This document shows, piece by piece, positions 21,661 to 31,169 of a stretch of DNA of 32,000 nt. This stretch comes from Mycoplasmoides pneumoniae FH (GTDB lineage: Bacteria > Bacillota_I > Bacilli_A > Mycoplasmatales > Mycoplasmoidaceae): assembly GCF_001272835.1 (NCBI RefSeq), contig NZ_CP010546.1, forward strand, positions 60,001 through 92,000, given 5' to 3'. The position numbers and the translations under genes are program-made. Every line of letters starts with the position of its first letter. Within the stretch, counting starts at the first letter, position 1. The notes beneath the pieces were generated by a model. The model was given only the letters and a program-made list of their open reading frames with translations. It did not search any database and was not told where the DNA came from.

Positions 21661-22062
21661 ATGAAAGTTGATTTAGATTGAGTCCACCACAAGTTACAGG
21701 AGGTGGTCAATCATGCCTACACGCCTTTTTCAAAGTTTAAGGTAGCTTGTATGTTGGTGGCCAATAACCAGGCATTTTATGGAGTCAATATTGAAAACGC
21801 TTCTTACCCAGTAACCCTGTGTGCGGAACGTAGTGCGATTGCTAACATGGTCACTAGTATCGGCAAGGCCACAATTGATTATGTCTTTGTGTACTTTGAC
21901 ACTAAAACTCCAACCAATTCACCTTGTGGCATGTGTCGGCAAAACATCTTTGAGTTTGCCACTGATAAGACCCAGTTATTCTGCATTGAGAAGGACAAGA
22001 GCTTTAAACAATTTACTATTCCCGAAATTTTAAAGGGAGGTTTTCGATCATATGAACAGTAA
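21661..22062 (+). CDS. cdd: Cytidine deaminase
   Basis: The ATG at 21661 is followed by one early TGA. The zinc-ligand motifs CAERSAI and PCGMCRQ are present. The length is 133 aa. Confidence 0.9.
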
Positions 22063-23716
22063 CGCATACTTGGAAGCTCAAAGGTGGCTAAGCCATCCGC
22101 GGGTAAAACCCAACTTAAAGGAGGTCATTACGGCTATGAGTGCTGAGGAAATCGAGCACTTCTTTAGCTTAAAGAAACCGAGTTTTGGCACTGCTGGGGT
22201 ACGGGGCAAAATGGCACCGGGGTACCATGGGATGAATGTGTTTTCCTATGCTTACTTAACCCAGGGTTATGTCAACTACATCCAGTCGTTAAACCCAACT
22301 AAAAAACCATTACGCTTTTTAGTAGCCAGAGACACTAGAAAACACGGGGCATTGTTTAATGGCATTGTGTGTGATGTGATTACCTCCATGGGTCATGTGG
22401 TCTATATGTTTGATAACAATGAACCAACACCAACACCATTAGTATCTTATGTGATTAAGAAGTACCACTTTGATGGTGGGGTGAATGTCACTGCTAGTCA
22501 TAATCCTAAAACCGATAATGGCTTTAAGATTTACGATGGTCATGGCGCGCAGTTACTAGACTTCCAAACTGATCAATTAATCGCAATGTTACCCCCAGTG
22601 GTAACAATGTTAGATTTCGAACCACGTGGTAACAACGAGCTGTTACACTTTTTGGATAACGAAGTGGTCTACAAAAACTACTTTGATGATCTTAAGGAAA
22701 GCCTAGTAGTGGACAACGACAGCTTTAAAAACCTCCCGGTGGTCTTTACCGGGTTACATGGTACTTCGGTGAAGTTGTTACCAAGGTTTTTAACCTATTT
22801 GGGTTACAGCAACATTATTAGTGTCCAACCACAAAACGTGTTTGACGCTAACTTTGCTAATGCTGACCACCTCAACCCCGAAAGTAAGGATACCTGAGAG
22901 TTAGCGCGACAGTATGCATCCAACACTAAGGCCAAGTTAATGATGGCAATTGATCCGGATGCTGATCGCTTTGCGATTGCCGAATGAAATCCGCAAACCC
23001 AAGACTGGCACTACTTCTCCGGGAACGAGTCAGGAGTTATGGTGGCTTACTATAAGCTCAAACACAAGCAGTTTAAGCGTCAACCTTACATTGTAACGAC
23101 GGTAGTCTCTACTGATCTAGTGGATAAGATTGCCAAGAAGTACGGGGCTTTTGTCAAGCGCACAAATGTCGGCTTTAAGTTTATTGGTCAAGCTGTTGAT
23201 CACTTCTCCAAAGACAATGAACTAGTAGTGGCCTTTGAAGAAGCGATTGGTATGATGGCTAGTGATGGTTTGAACCGCGAAAAGGATTCCTTTCAAGCAG
23301 CGGCCATCATGCTTGAAATTGCGCGCTACTGTCATAATAAAGGAATTAGCTTACTAGAGTTCTACCGTGGTGAGATCTTCGGTGAATTTGGTGATTACTA
23401 TAACTGAACGGTACCACACACCATTCACGGAGTTAACTGGAAGGAAAAAATGGAACAGGTATTACACCAGTTAACCACAGCTACCATTAAAGAGGTTGTG
23501 GGACACAAGATTACCAAGATTAAAAACTATGTCGACATTAACCTAGTCGAATATGTCTTGGAAAACGGTAACTGGATTAAGTTCCGCATTTCCGGTACAG
23601 AACCGAAGTTAAAGCTGTACTTTAACCTATCTAAAGGTTACTTAGCAGCTTTAAAACACGAAGCGAAAAAGATGCACGAGTTCCTAGTGCGATTGCTCAA
23701 CCTCGATAAAGCTTAG
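22052..23716 (+). CDS. manB: Phosphohexomutase-family enzyme (phosphomannomutase / probable phosphopentomutase role)
   Basis: The active-site Ser loop VTASHNP and the metal loop AIDPDADRFA are present. Three track fragments in frame 2 are joined by TGA codons. The stop is TAG at 23714-23716, giving 554 aa. The gene overlaps cdd by 11 nt. Confidence 0.88.
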
Positions 23717-24646
23717 GTTTTCTAAAGGCAAGTTAATTAACTGCGTTTTGGTGGTTAATTCGACTTCCACTACCGCTTTGTTAATTGTTCCTTGGTATAG
23801 AGCCTTAATTTGACCTTGAATGTGAATCGCACCAGTTAAGTGGACTTCCACTAAGTTACCAACACTAAATTGTTGCAGTTGATCGACCTTAGTGTCACCT
23901 TCGACAATTTCGTATTTACCCAAGTAAGGAATTAACACTGATGGGTCAACCTTGTTAGCTTCACTTTTAACAATCGCTACATCCTCGTTTCATTCGTCTT
24001 GTTCGGCCTTATTAGCTTCCATTAGAGCTTGCGCAAACTGGTTAGTATCAATGATTTCACCAGATTCGTTAACTTGGGCAATTGCTTCGGGTTTAACTTG
24101 TTTGTGCTTGAGAATGTACTGAAACTTTTCGTCAAACTTGTCTGCATCCATTTCCACAATGGCAGTGTTGGTCACTAACACCCGCTTTTTCGGATTGACC
24201 GAAATACCCTTAAGCATTTGTTCGAGGTTATCAGCATCGGCTTGGTCTAAAGGAGTTGGTAACGCACCGCGACCAGAGGAACCAACAATTCCAGTAATAC
24301 CAGGGAAGTTACGGATAATGCGTCATGCATCTTCACTGTAGATCATCTTAATGTAGATGTAACGACCTAGTAAATTCTTCTCGCTAATCTTCACCTTTAA
24401 ATAACGGTCTTCATCTAACACAAATCACTTTGTAAAAGCGGTGTTCTTTAATGAACGGGGCAGCTTGCCGGATTTTAAGGAAAAGACTTCTTCGATGACT
24501 TCGCGTTCTTTCAAAACCCTTACATCTAAGATTTCGTTGTCAAATCCCAAAGCTTTTACCTTAGCTTTGAGGTTTCGCACAACTGCTTCATCCTTAACAC
24601 TTACAGGGGCAACGTATCATTGCGGGATTAATTCCACTTGTTCCAT
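23684..24646 (-). CDS. nusG: Transcription termination/antitermination factor NusG (long form)
   Basis: The ATG at 24646 starts an NGN-like N-terminus, MEQVELIPQWYVAPVSVKDEAVVRNLKAKV. A KOW-like C-terminus FSVGNLVEVHLTGAIHIQGQIKAL is present. The gene sits in the conserved rpmG-secE-nusG context. The stop is TAG at 23684-23686, giving 320 aa. Confidence 0.87.
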
Positions 24647-24653
24647 AAACTAA

Positions 24654-25031
24654 TTATTTACCTTTAAAAACTCCAAGCGCAATAAAGAGGTGGTTAATGC
24701 CAAAGTAGATCCCTATCATAATGGCACTAACTAAAACAATTAACAAAAAGATCGTAATTAATTTCTTGCTTGTTACCCAGACAATCTTGTTAACCTCTTT
24801 GTCAATCCCAAACCACAGGTTCGAAAACTTCTTGGTAAAAGGCACCTTAACCTTTGGGGTTTGGTCCACTTTTTTATCTGTGTCTTTAGTTTTACTGTCT
24901 TGTTTCTCTTTGGCCTTCTTGGCTTCTATTTTGGCCTTTAGTTGACGGTGTAACTCGTGGATCTTCTCATCGTTGTAGGCGGTGAGTTTTTCCTTGTTCT
25001 TTAAACCAAAAGGGAGTTTCTTTTTTTCCAT
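24654..25031 (-). CDS. secE: Preprotein translocase subunit SecE (long basic N-terminal extension)
   Basis: The C-terminal part KEVNKIVWVTSKKLITIFLLIVLVSAIMIGIYF is the SecE motif plus a TM helix. I prefer the ATG at 25031, which lies 5 nt after the rpmG stop. The track's TTG start at 25082 would overlap rpmG. Confidence 0.8.
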   Translation of the reverse strand: MEKKKLPFGLKNKEKLTAYNDEKIHELHRQLKAKIEAKKAKEKQDSKTKDTDKKVDQTPKVKVPFTKKFSNLWFGIDKEVNKIVWVTSKKLITIFLLIVLVSAIMIGIYFGINHLFIALGVFKGK

Positions 25032-25036
25032 GAAGC

Positions 25037-25183
25037 TTAAAAGGAATCGAGGTGCTTGGTTTTTTGGTTGCAGTGCTTGCAATACTTATTAATTATAAGA
25101 CGATTAAGAACCTGCTTCGACCAAGACATTACATAGTTTCTACTTAAACAGTCTTGGCAAACAAAGATAATCTTCTTGCGCAC
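25037..25183 (-). CDS. rpmG: 50S ribosomal protein L33
   Basis: This gene is absent from the ORF track because it is too short. The reverse-strand translation is (V/M)RKKIIFVCQDCLSRNYVMSWSKQVLNRLIINKYCKHCNQKTKHLDSF, with two CxxC zinc-ribbon pairs. The start is GTG at 25183, or TTG at 25198 (53 aa). The gene lies immediately upstream of secE-nusG. Confidence 0.8.
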   Translation of the reverse strand: MRKKIIFVCQDCLSRNYVMSWSKQVLNRLIINKYCKHCNQKTKHLDSF

Positions 25184-25198
25184 GTGGAGTTGGGTCAA

Positions 25199-25582
25199 TT
25201 ATATATTATCGGTTTGGGTTACCAATTTAATCTTATGGTAACAGTAAAGTTGGAGCAAACCAAAGGGCAGAAAACGTGATCATTTCAAGGCTTTAGCAAA
25301 CTTTTGCTCGACGTTTTCGGCAACCTCGTTAATAATGTTGGCTGCCATATTGGACATAACTAATTGGGCCACCATTAAAAGGATTTCTAACACCCCTAAA
25401 ACAATTAAGACTGTGTTGAGGTTCCGAAAAATCGGATCACGACGTGGTGCACTCAATGAAGTTCTGTTAATGAGGTCATACATAATGCCAATGCCAATTA
25501 GGGAGATAGTGCACACAAAGAAGAAGATGCACACCAGCATCGTTAGTTCATTGAGCAGATTGAGCTTCTTAATCACTTTCAT
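25199..25582 (-). CDS. Hypothetical membrane protein (127 aa, two TM helices)
   Basis: Track ORF 25280..25582 is extended through TGA at 25280-25282 to TAA at 25199-25201. Two hydrophobic helices are present ([22 protein letters not shown] and [19 protein letters not shown]). The gene is nested in the operon, with a 14-nt overlap with rsmI. Confidence 0.65.
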
Positions 25583-26399
25583 GGAATAAGGTGTAGAGCT
25601 TATTTGATTTTAATTGCAATCGTTTAGCTAAATAATGACAAGCATCCTTAACCTTAACGCCCATTTGGACTAATTGGGTAATTTCTTGTTTTAAGAGTTG
25701 GTCGGAATATTGCCCCACCGGTTGGGTGTGGTGGTTGTTAATCACAATCACAAACTCGCCCTTTAGAGTAATGTCTGGCAGCGGTGCACTTGTATTAAAC
25801 CAGTAGTGGCTTTCGTGGAGCTTGGTCAGTTCCCGCCCTACAAAAACTTCAGTATTACTAAACACCGTTTGGATTACTTCCAGTGTTTGTTGTAAACGGT
25901 GTACCGCTTCAAATAAAACAATGGTGCCTTGGAAGTTTTGGTAGTGTTTGAGTGTTTGGGTTATTTGAGTGGGTTTGTGGTCCAAGAAGCCCAAGAACAG
26001 TAGTGGACTTTCGGGGAAGCCACTGGTTACCAAACCACAAACCAGCGCACTAGGACCATTAATTACTTCTATTGCGATTTGGGGTAGTTGCGTTCTGACA
26101 TACTCCACCAATATGTGCCCGGGATCGGATACTGAGGGATAACCCGCATCACTGACCAAACCACAGTGATACTGGTGGATTAAGTTAGCTACCTTACTTA
26201 AGTTTTGCTTTTCCTTAAACTCGTTGTTAATAATGAACTGTTTATTTGAAAAGTCAATGCCGAGTAAGCCCAAGAGTTTTTTGGTTACTCTGGTGTCCTC
26301 ACAAAAGAGCACTTCACACTTGGTTAAAGCCGCTTTAACTCGCGGACTAACTTCCTCAATGTTGCCAATGGGGGTGGCAATTACTTTAAGAGCTGGCAT
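25569..26399 (-). CDS. rsmI: 16S rRNA (cytidine1402-2'-O)-methyltransferase RsmI
   Basis: The ORF is intact at 276 aa, with [21 protein letters not shown] and [12 protein letters not shown] (tetrapyrrole-methylase-fold RsmI motifs). Confidence 0.88.
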
Positions 26400-26917
26400 A
26401 CTTGGTCAAAGGTAAGTTGGAGTAAATTAAGTTTGCGAAAGAGCTGCTTGTGGTTAAAGTAGCTTAAGTGTAGTTTGTTACACAACGCTAACCGTTTACT
26501 TTTACTGTTGAGGTTTAATTCCAAATATTGTTCCCAGCTTAAAGTGGGTTGGGTTGTTTTAGTGAACACCTGACGTTGTTGTAACGCTTGGATTAAAGCT
26601 GCATCAGTTGCTTCCGCTACCCCAATTTTAGTGCTGTTGGGTTTCATGTCTTTCCGAGCTATAAAACAACTTTCATACTTGTCTAAGTGTTGTTCTAACT
26701 GCCGGCGAATTTTCTGACCAGCAACATCGGGGTCCAAGAAGAGGATCACCGGTTGTTTTTTAGCTACAGCCTTAATCAGGTTAATGGTTCTTTGGTTTAA
26801 AGCTGAACCGTTCGTGGTAATAACACTAACATCAAACAGCTGTTGTAAGCGAGCTTGGTCAGTTTTGCCCTCACACACTATCACCCCATCTAGTTTTAGA
26901 CGTGTTTTTTTATCCAT
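26381..26917 (-). CDS. rnmV: Ribonuclease M5 (Toprim domain)
   Basis: The ORF is intact at 178 aa, with the Toprim motifs VIVCEGKTD and LDPDVAGQKIR. Confidence 0.85.
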   Translation of the reverse strand: MDKKTRLKLDGVIVCEGKTDQARLQQLFDVSVITTNGSALNQRTINLIKAVAKKQPVILFLDPDVAGQKIRRQLEQHLDKYESCFIARKDMKPNSTKIGVAEATDAALIQALQQRQVFTKTTQPTLSWEQYLELNLNSKSKRLALCNKLHLSYFNHKQLFRKLNLLQLTFDQVCQLLK

Positions 26918-27882
26918 TCAATGTGGCGCGTATAAATGGCAGAAATGGAAGAGTTATTAGCGTAACACAATAACACCTCTTCAAATAACGGTGCTAGATC
27001 AATTACCTGAAACTGGGGACACTGGTTAAACTTAGTTTGAGGAATGGAGTTGGAGACAAACAAATAGTCCACTAAGCCTTCGTTAAAGGCCTTTTGGAAG
27101 CGTTGCGGTGCTTCACCGTTAAACAAACCATGGGTGGCCATGACACAGACCTTTTTGGCATGGTGTTCCCGGAGTAGTTTAGCTGCTGCTATTACCGTAC
27201 CACCGGTGTCAATCATGTCGTCCACTATTAGACAGTTTTTGTTCGCTACTTCACCCAAGACATTAATTGATTCCGCTACATTGTGGGCTGGGCGACGCTT
27301 GTCAATAATCGCTAGCGGTAGTTCCAAAGATGTTGCAATTAACCTTGCCCGCTTTACACCGCCATAATCGGGGGACACCACCACAAGGTCTTTTTTACCT
27401 AACAGCTCTACAGTGCGGGTTAAAAAGACGTGGTAGGTTTGCAATGTATCCACGGGTATATTAAAGAAACCCTGGGTTTGGTCGCTGTGGATGTCGGTTA
27501 AAGCTACGCGGCTCACCCCAGCCGTGGTTAACAAATCCGCTACTAATTTACTAGTTATCGGTTCGCGTCCCATTGTTTTGCGATCTTGCCGTGCATAACC
27601 ATAGTACGGCAAAATGGCGGTAATACTTTTTGCACTACCCCGTTTTAAGGCATCAATTGCTATTAACAATTCCATTAAGGAATCGTTGACTGGCGCACAG
27701 GTAGACTGAAAGATAAAAACATCCTTATTGCGCACAGACTCCTCAAAGCGGATGTAGGTCTCCCCATCAGCAAACTCATTATGGGTAATTAACCCCATGG
27801 GCATTTTGAGTTTCTGACAAATACGACTAACTAAGTCGTGGGTTTTCGATAAGCTAAAAACAACGTGGTTATGGCGATCCAT
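26896..27882 (-). CDS. prs: Ribose-phosphate pyrophosphokinase
   Basis: The start is ATG at 27882 (MDRHNHVVFSLSKTHDLVSRICQKL). Motifs present are YARQDR, TDIHSDQTQGFF and the PRPP loop VDDMIDTGGT. The length is 328 aa. The 388-aa version in the track runs 60 codons into smpB in another frame. Confidence 0.92.
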   Translation of the reverse strand: MDRHNHVVFSLSKTHDLVSRICQKLKMPMGLITHNEFADGETYIRFEESVRNKDVFIFQSTCAPVNDSLMELLIAIDALKRGSAKSITAILPYYGYARQDRKTMGREPITSKLVADLLTTAGVSRVALTDIHSDQTQGFFNIPVDTLQTYHVFLTRTVELLGKKDLVVVSPDYGGVKRARLIATSLELPLAIIDKRRPAHNVAESINVLGEVANKNCLIVDDMIDTGGTVIAAAKLLREHHAKKVCVMATHGLFNGEAPQRFQKAFNEGLVDYLFVSNSIPQTKFNQCPQFQVIDLAPLFEEVLLCYANNSSISAIYTRHIEWIKKHV

Positions 27883-28312
27883 ATTGTTGGCGCAATTCGC
27901 GCTGGATCGTTTTACTTTTGATGGCTTCACGTTTATCAAATTTTTTCTTAGGTTTGGCCAACCAGATTTCCATTTTAATTTTGCCATTTTTAAAGAACAC
28001 TTTAAGTGGAATAATGGAAAGTCCTTCTTGCTTTTGGCGTGCCGTAATTTGTTTAATCTCATTCCGGTTTAAAAGGAGCTTTTTCACCCGTTTGAAGGGG
28101 TGGTTGAACTCGCCTGAAAAGGCATAGGGCGAAATGCTAAAATCTTTAATATAGACCTCGTGCTTGTCAATAAAAACATAGGCTTCCTTTAAGCTACCTT
28201 GCCCTAAAGCTAGCGATTTGACTTCACTACCTTTTAAGACTAAGCCAGCACAATAACCCGTTAAAAGGTAATAGTCATATTGCGCTCTGGGATTGTTGAC
28301 AAGTACTCGCAT
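27869..28312 (-). CDS. smpB: SsrA-binding protein SmpB
   Basis: The ORF is intact at 147 aa, with the N-terminus MRVLVNNPRAQYDYYLL, KGSEVKSL, RVKKLLLNRNEI and a basic C-terminal tail. Confidence 0.92.
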   Translation of the reverse strand: MRVLVNNPRAQYDYYLLTGYCAGLVLKGSEVKSLALGQGSLKEAYVFIDKHEVYIKDFSISPYAFSGEFNHPFKRVKKLLLNRNEIKQITARQKQEGLSIIPLKVFFKNGKIKMEIWLAKPKKKFDKREAIKSKTIQRELRQQYGSP

Positions 28313-28318
28313 CTGTAG

Positions 28319-29218
28319 ATGAAAATCTCTGTTATTATCTCCACTTACAACTGTGGTGCTTTAATTGTGAAAGCACTATGTTCATTAGTGTCAAACCAAA
28401 CACCAGCATGTGAGTTAGAAGTGCTTGTGATTGATGATGGATCCATTGATAATACTAGGCAAATTATCAAAAAATTTCAAGCAAAAGTTAGCTTTACTTT
28501 AAAGTACTTTTACAAAAAAAACGGAAATTGGGGTAGTGTAATTAACTATGTCAAGGAAAACCGTTTGGCCAACGGCGATTGGGTTACTGTTTTAGACAGT
28601 GATGATACCTTAAAACCTAATACACTCAACAAGTTGGCTAATTTAGTGGAAAAAGCGGATTATGACTTAGTAGTTTTTGACTACACTAAGTGCTGAAAAA
28701 AGATTAAACTGAAAATCCACACTTACCCGACTTGGTGAAAAAACATGACCCGGGAACTACAAAAGCAAACACCGTTTTGTATTCCTCTAGGTAAGTTTTT
28801 GAAACGCAACCTGTTTTACAAGTTGCCCAAGCTCAAAGAAAAGGTGAGTTTTCAGGATGCCTTGTATACGGCTAGTAGTTTAAAGCTCGCTAAAAAAGTG
28901 CGTCATGTTAATCAGTCTGGTGGCAACTACCACTTTAAGCGTGCTGGTAATTCAATGAGTATTCCCTGAAACATTAAGCGCTTTAGTGCTGAATTGGACA
29001 TTTGTAAAGACTTAATTCGTTTAAATGCTCAGGAAATTGCCCTAGTGCACTTATTGCGACAACAGTTTCGGGTGCAACTTAAAGAAAAGCAGATACAACT
29101 AGCGGTTACCCGTGACTTTAACTTTAGTGGGTTCTCTTGGTACACCCGCTGCTTTTTATGGATGGTATACCAAACGATGTTAAAGCGCTACTTTTACTTA
29201 CAAACAACTAAACAATAA
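28319..29218 (+). CDS. Family-2 glycosyltransferase
   Basis: The N-terminus is MKISVIISTYNCG, followed by VIDDGSIDNT and the DxD-type VLDSDD. Three track fragments in frame 2 are joined by TGA codons. The stop is TAA at 29216-29218, giving 299 aa. Confidence 0.85.
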
Positions 29219-29223
29219 AAAAG

Positions 29224-29258
29224 GCTGTGCAGCCAAACCACACAACCCTTTTTATTTT
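29224..29258. terminator. Possible bidirectional terminator between the glycosyltransferase and the convergent MFS gene
   Basis: On the plus strand, ggctgtg ... cacaacc (6 of 7 pairs) is followed by ctttttatttt. On the minus strand, ggctgcacagcc is followed by tttttt. The stems are short. Confidence 0.3.
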
Positions 29259-29269
29259 CTTTACTTTAA

Positions 29270-31006
29270 CTATTTCAACAAGTCCGCGTAACGGTTCTTT
29301 TCCTTACTTGCCACCAAGAACTGTCACTGGTTTAACTTCCACTTTTTGGTCATTTCACTTACCAGTTCATCGCCATTCTTAAGATACGAAGATGGCAGTG
29401 TTACCACAATCGCAATGGCTGCTAACAACAAACCAGCAAACAGCGCCACACCAGCAATTGCCCCTGGGAGGATGCTTACTCCTTTCATTCCAGGGTTTGC
29501 TAGTTTCGGTGCTTCTAAGAACATTGAGTTAGTAATGTCAAAGGCGGTGTAGATCACATAACCAAAGCCCCAGATGTAACCAAACAACACGGACACTTCA
29601 CTACGCTTGTACTCTTTGAATTCGTGCGGGAGGATCAAAATGGTACTTTGCATACTCCAAGCAAACGAACCACCAATAAAGGTTGCAATCGCCACAAAGG
29701 CAAAGCCAACAGCAGTACCCACACCTAGAGTGGCTGCAAACAATACGATTACAATCACCATTAAGGCATTCATGAAGAACATGAAGCTCAATCAACGCTT
29801 GCGATCGTAAACCGTTTTGTTAAATGGTGAAAACACCATGTAACCCATACCATAACCTAATACCCAGAGGATTGCTAAGGTTGGGAGACCGGCAAAGTAA
29901 CCACCAGCACCCTCTAGTGGTTTTAATGTTTTAACACCATCTTTAACATTAAACGAACTCGCTGGACTCACTGCTTGGAGAATGTTTCATCAACCACCAG
30001 TAAGTGGGTTTACTAACACCACCAAACAGATGCCATACATCCCGATCATCTTTCAGGTCGCTTTTCGCTTTAAGATATCACCAGCACTTGGTTGGTTACC
30101 CAACTGCATTTGTTCCTTGGTTTGCTTTTGGGGCATAAACGGATCCATTTGCTTTTCAAACCAAGCAAACACACAGAGAATGCCAAAACCAATCAAGATT
30201 AAAGCAGTTAGGATAAAGACCCAGTACTTAGTACCAGCTTGTTGAACAGATTGGAATAAGAACGGTACAAAAGCAACTACAATCCCACTGTTAAAGCCCC
30301 AGAGGTTCGCGTTGGATAACACTGACTTACGACGTTGCGTTGAAAGTGAAGCAATTAACGGTTGGGAGTAAGTTACTAAAGTTGTACCACCAATAGCAAT
30401 CGTGGAACGGAAAATAATAAACAACGCATAACCAGCAATTGATGAACTGGTACCAATTAAATTTTTATCTAAACCTTGAACTAAATCAATAGTTTGACCA
30501 TCTGCTAACATGGTCTTGCCTTCTGCCATAACAGGCCCCAACAATTGACCTTCATGTAATTGCGAAGATAGACTAGAAAGTTTACCCATTACTTCCTTTG
30601 AAAGTGGTCGCAATAAAGTTAACTGGTTATTTCCCCCTAATGGATCACCAATAATTAAGAAGGGGAAACAGAGACACATTAGCCCCATCATAATCATGAC
30701 CGCATAACGGTAACCAAACTTCAGGACCACTATTCCACACAATACGGATCCGACTGCACGTAGCAGGGTAATACTCCAGTTGGTGGCACTACCAGCAATT
30801 GATCCAGCACTGTTAGCAAAGAAGGAATTGACCCAACCATCATAGTTAGGTAAAACCTTAGTATTGCTATCTAAAATACCAGCTGGCTTACCAGCAATTC
30901 GGTCAATTACAAATCACTCTACGACAAACAACAAATAACCAAGCAAGACAATTGCCCACAACATGACAAGGCGTAAATCACTCGGCTTTTTTACAGACGT
31001 TTGCAC
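29270..31006 (-). CDS. MFS transporter, organophosphate:phosphate antiporter-like (UhpT/GlpT-like), paralog 1
   Basis: The protein has many TM helices. Track fragments 29324..29791 and 30053..30742 share one frame and are bridged by TGA codons. TGA at 29324 is read through to TAG at 29270-29272. The frame is closed upstream by TAA at 31022-31024. I prefer GTG at 31006, which is preceded by aaggag; an ATG at 30964 is the alternative. Confidence 0.82.
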
Positions 31007-31110
31007 AATCTCAACGACTCCTTAGTTAATTTATTTTTAAATTGTTTCAAGTCGACTTTTGTCTCTTATCTAAAAACAAGCTAGTTTTTTAGGCTTATCT
31101 TTGTTAACAA

Positions 31111-31148
31111 AATAAAAGACCAGAGCCGTTTGGCCCTGGACTTTTATT
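31111..31148 (-). terminator. Rho-independent terminator downstream of MFS paralog 2
   Basis: The hairpin is aaaagaccagagcc / gttt / ggccctggactttt (2 mismatches). T-runs flank it on both strands. It begins about 20 nt after the stop at 31170. Confidence 0.55.
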
Positions 31149-31169
31149 CCTTTTAGCGGTTTATCTAAG

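Noticed and set aside
24138-24945. Plus-strand ORFs opposite nusG and secE (24138..24341, 24441..24653, 24721..24945)
   Set aside because: These are antisense shadows of supported minus-strand genes.
24654-25082. 142-aa SecE starting at TTG 25082
   Set aside because: That start would overlap the last 15 codons of rpmG. An ATG at 25031 lies 5 nt after the rpmG stop and still gives a complete SecE.
26896-28062. 388-aa version of prs in the ORF track
   Set aside because: The first 60 codons overlap the 3' part of smpB in another frame and look non-protein-like. The conserved Prs N-terminus begins at ATG 27882.
29346-30245. Plus-strand and alternate-frame ORFs within the MFS gene (29346..29552, 29601..29795, 29607..29810, 29982..30245)
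   Set aside because: They overlap the continuous table-4 MFS reading frame. Their compositions are consistent with antisense reading of TM-coding sequence.
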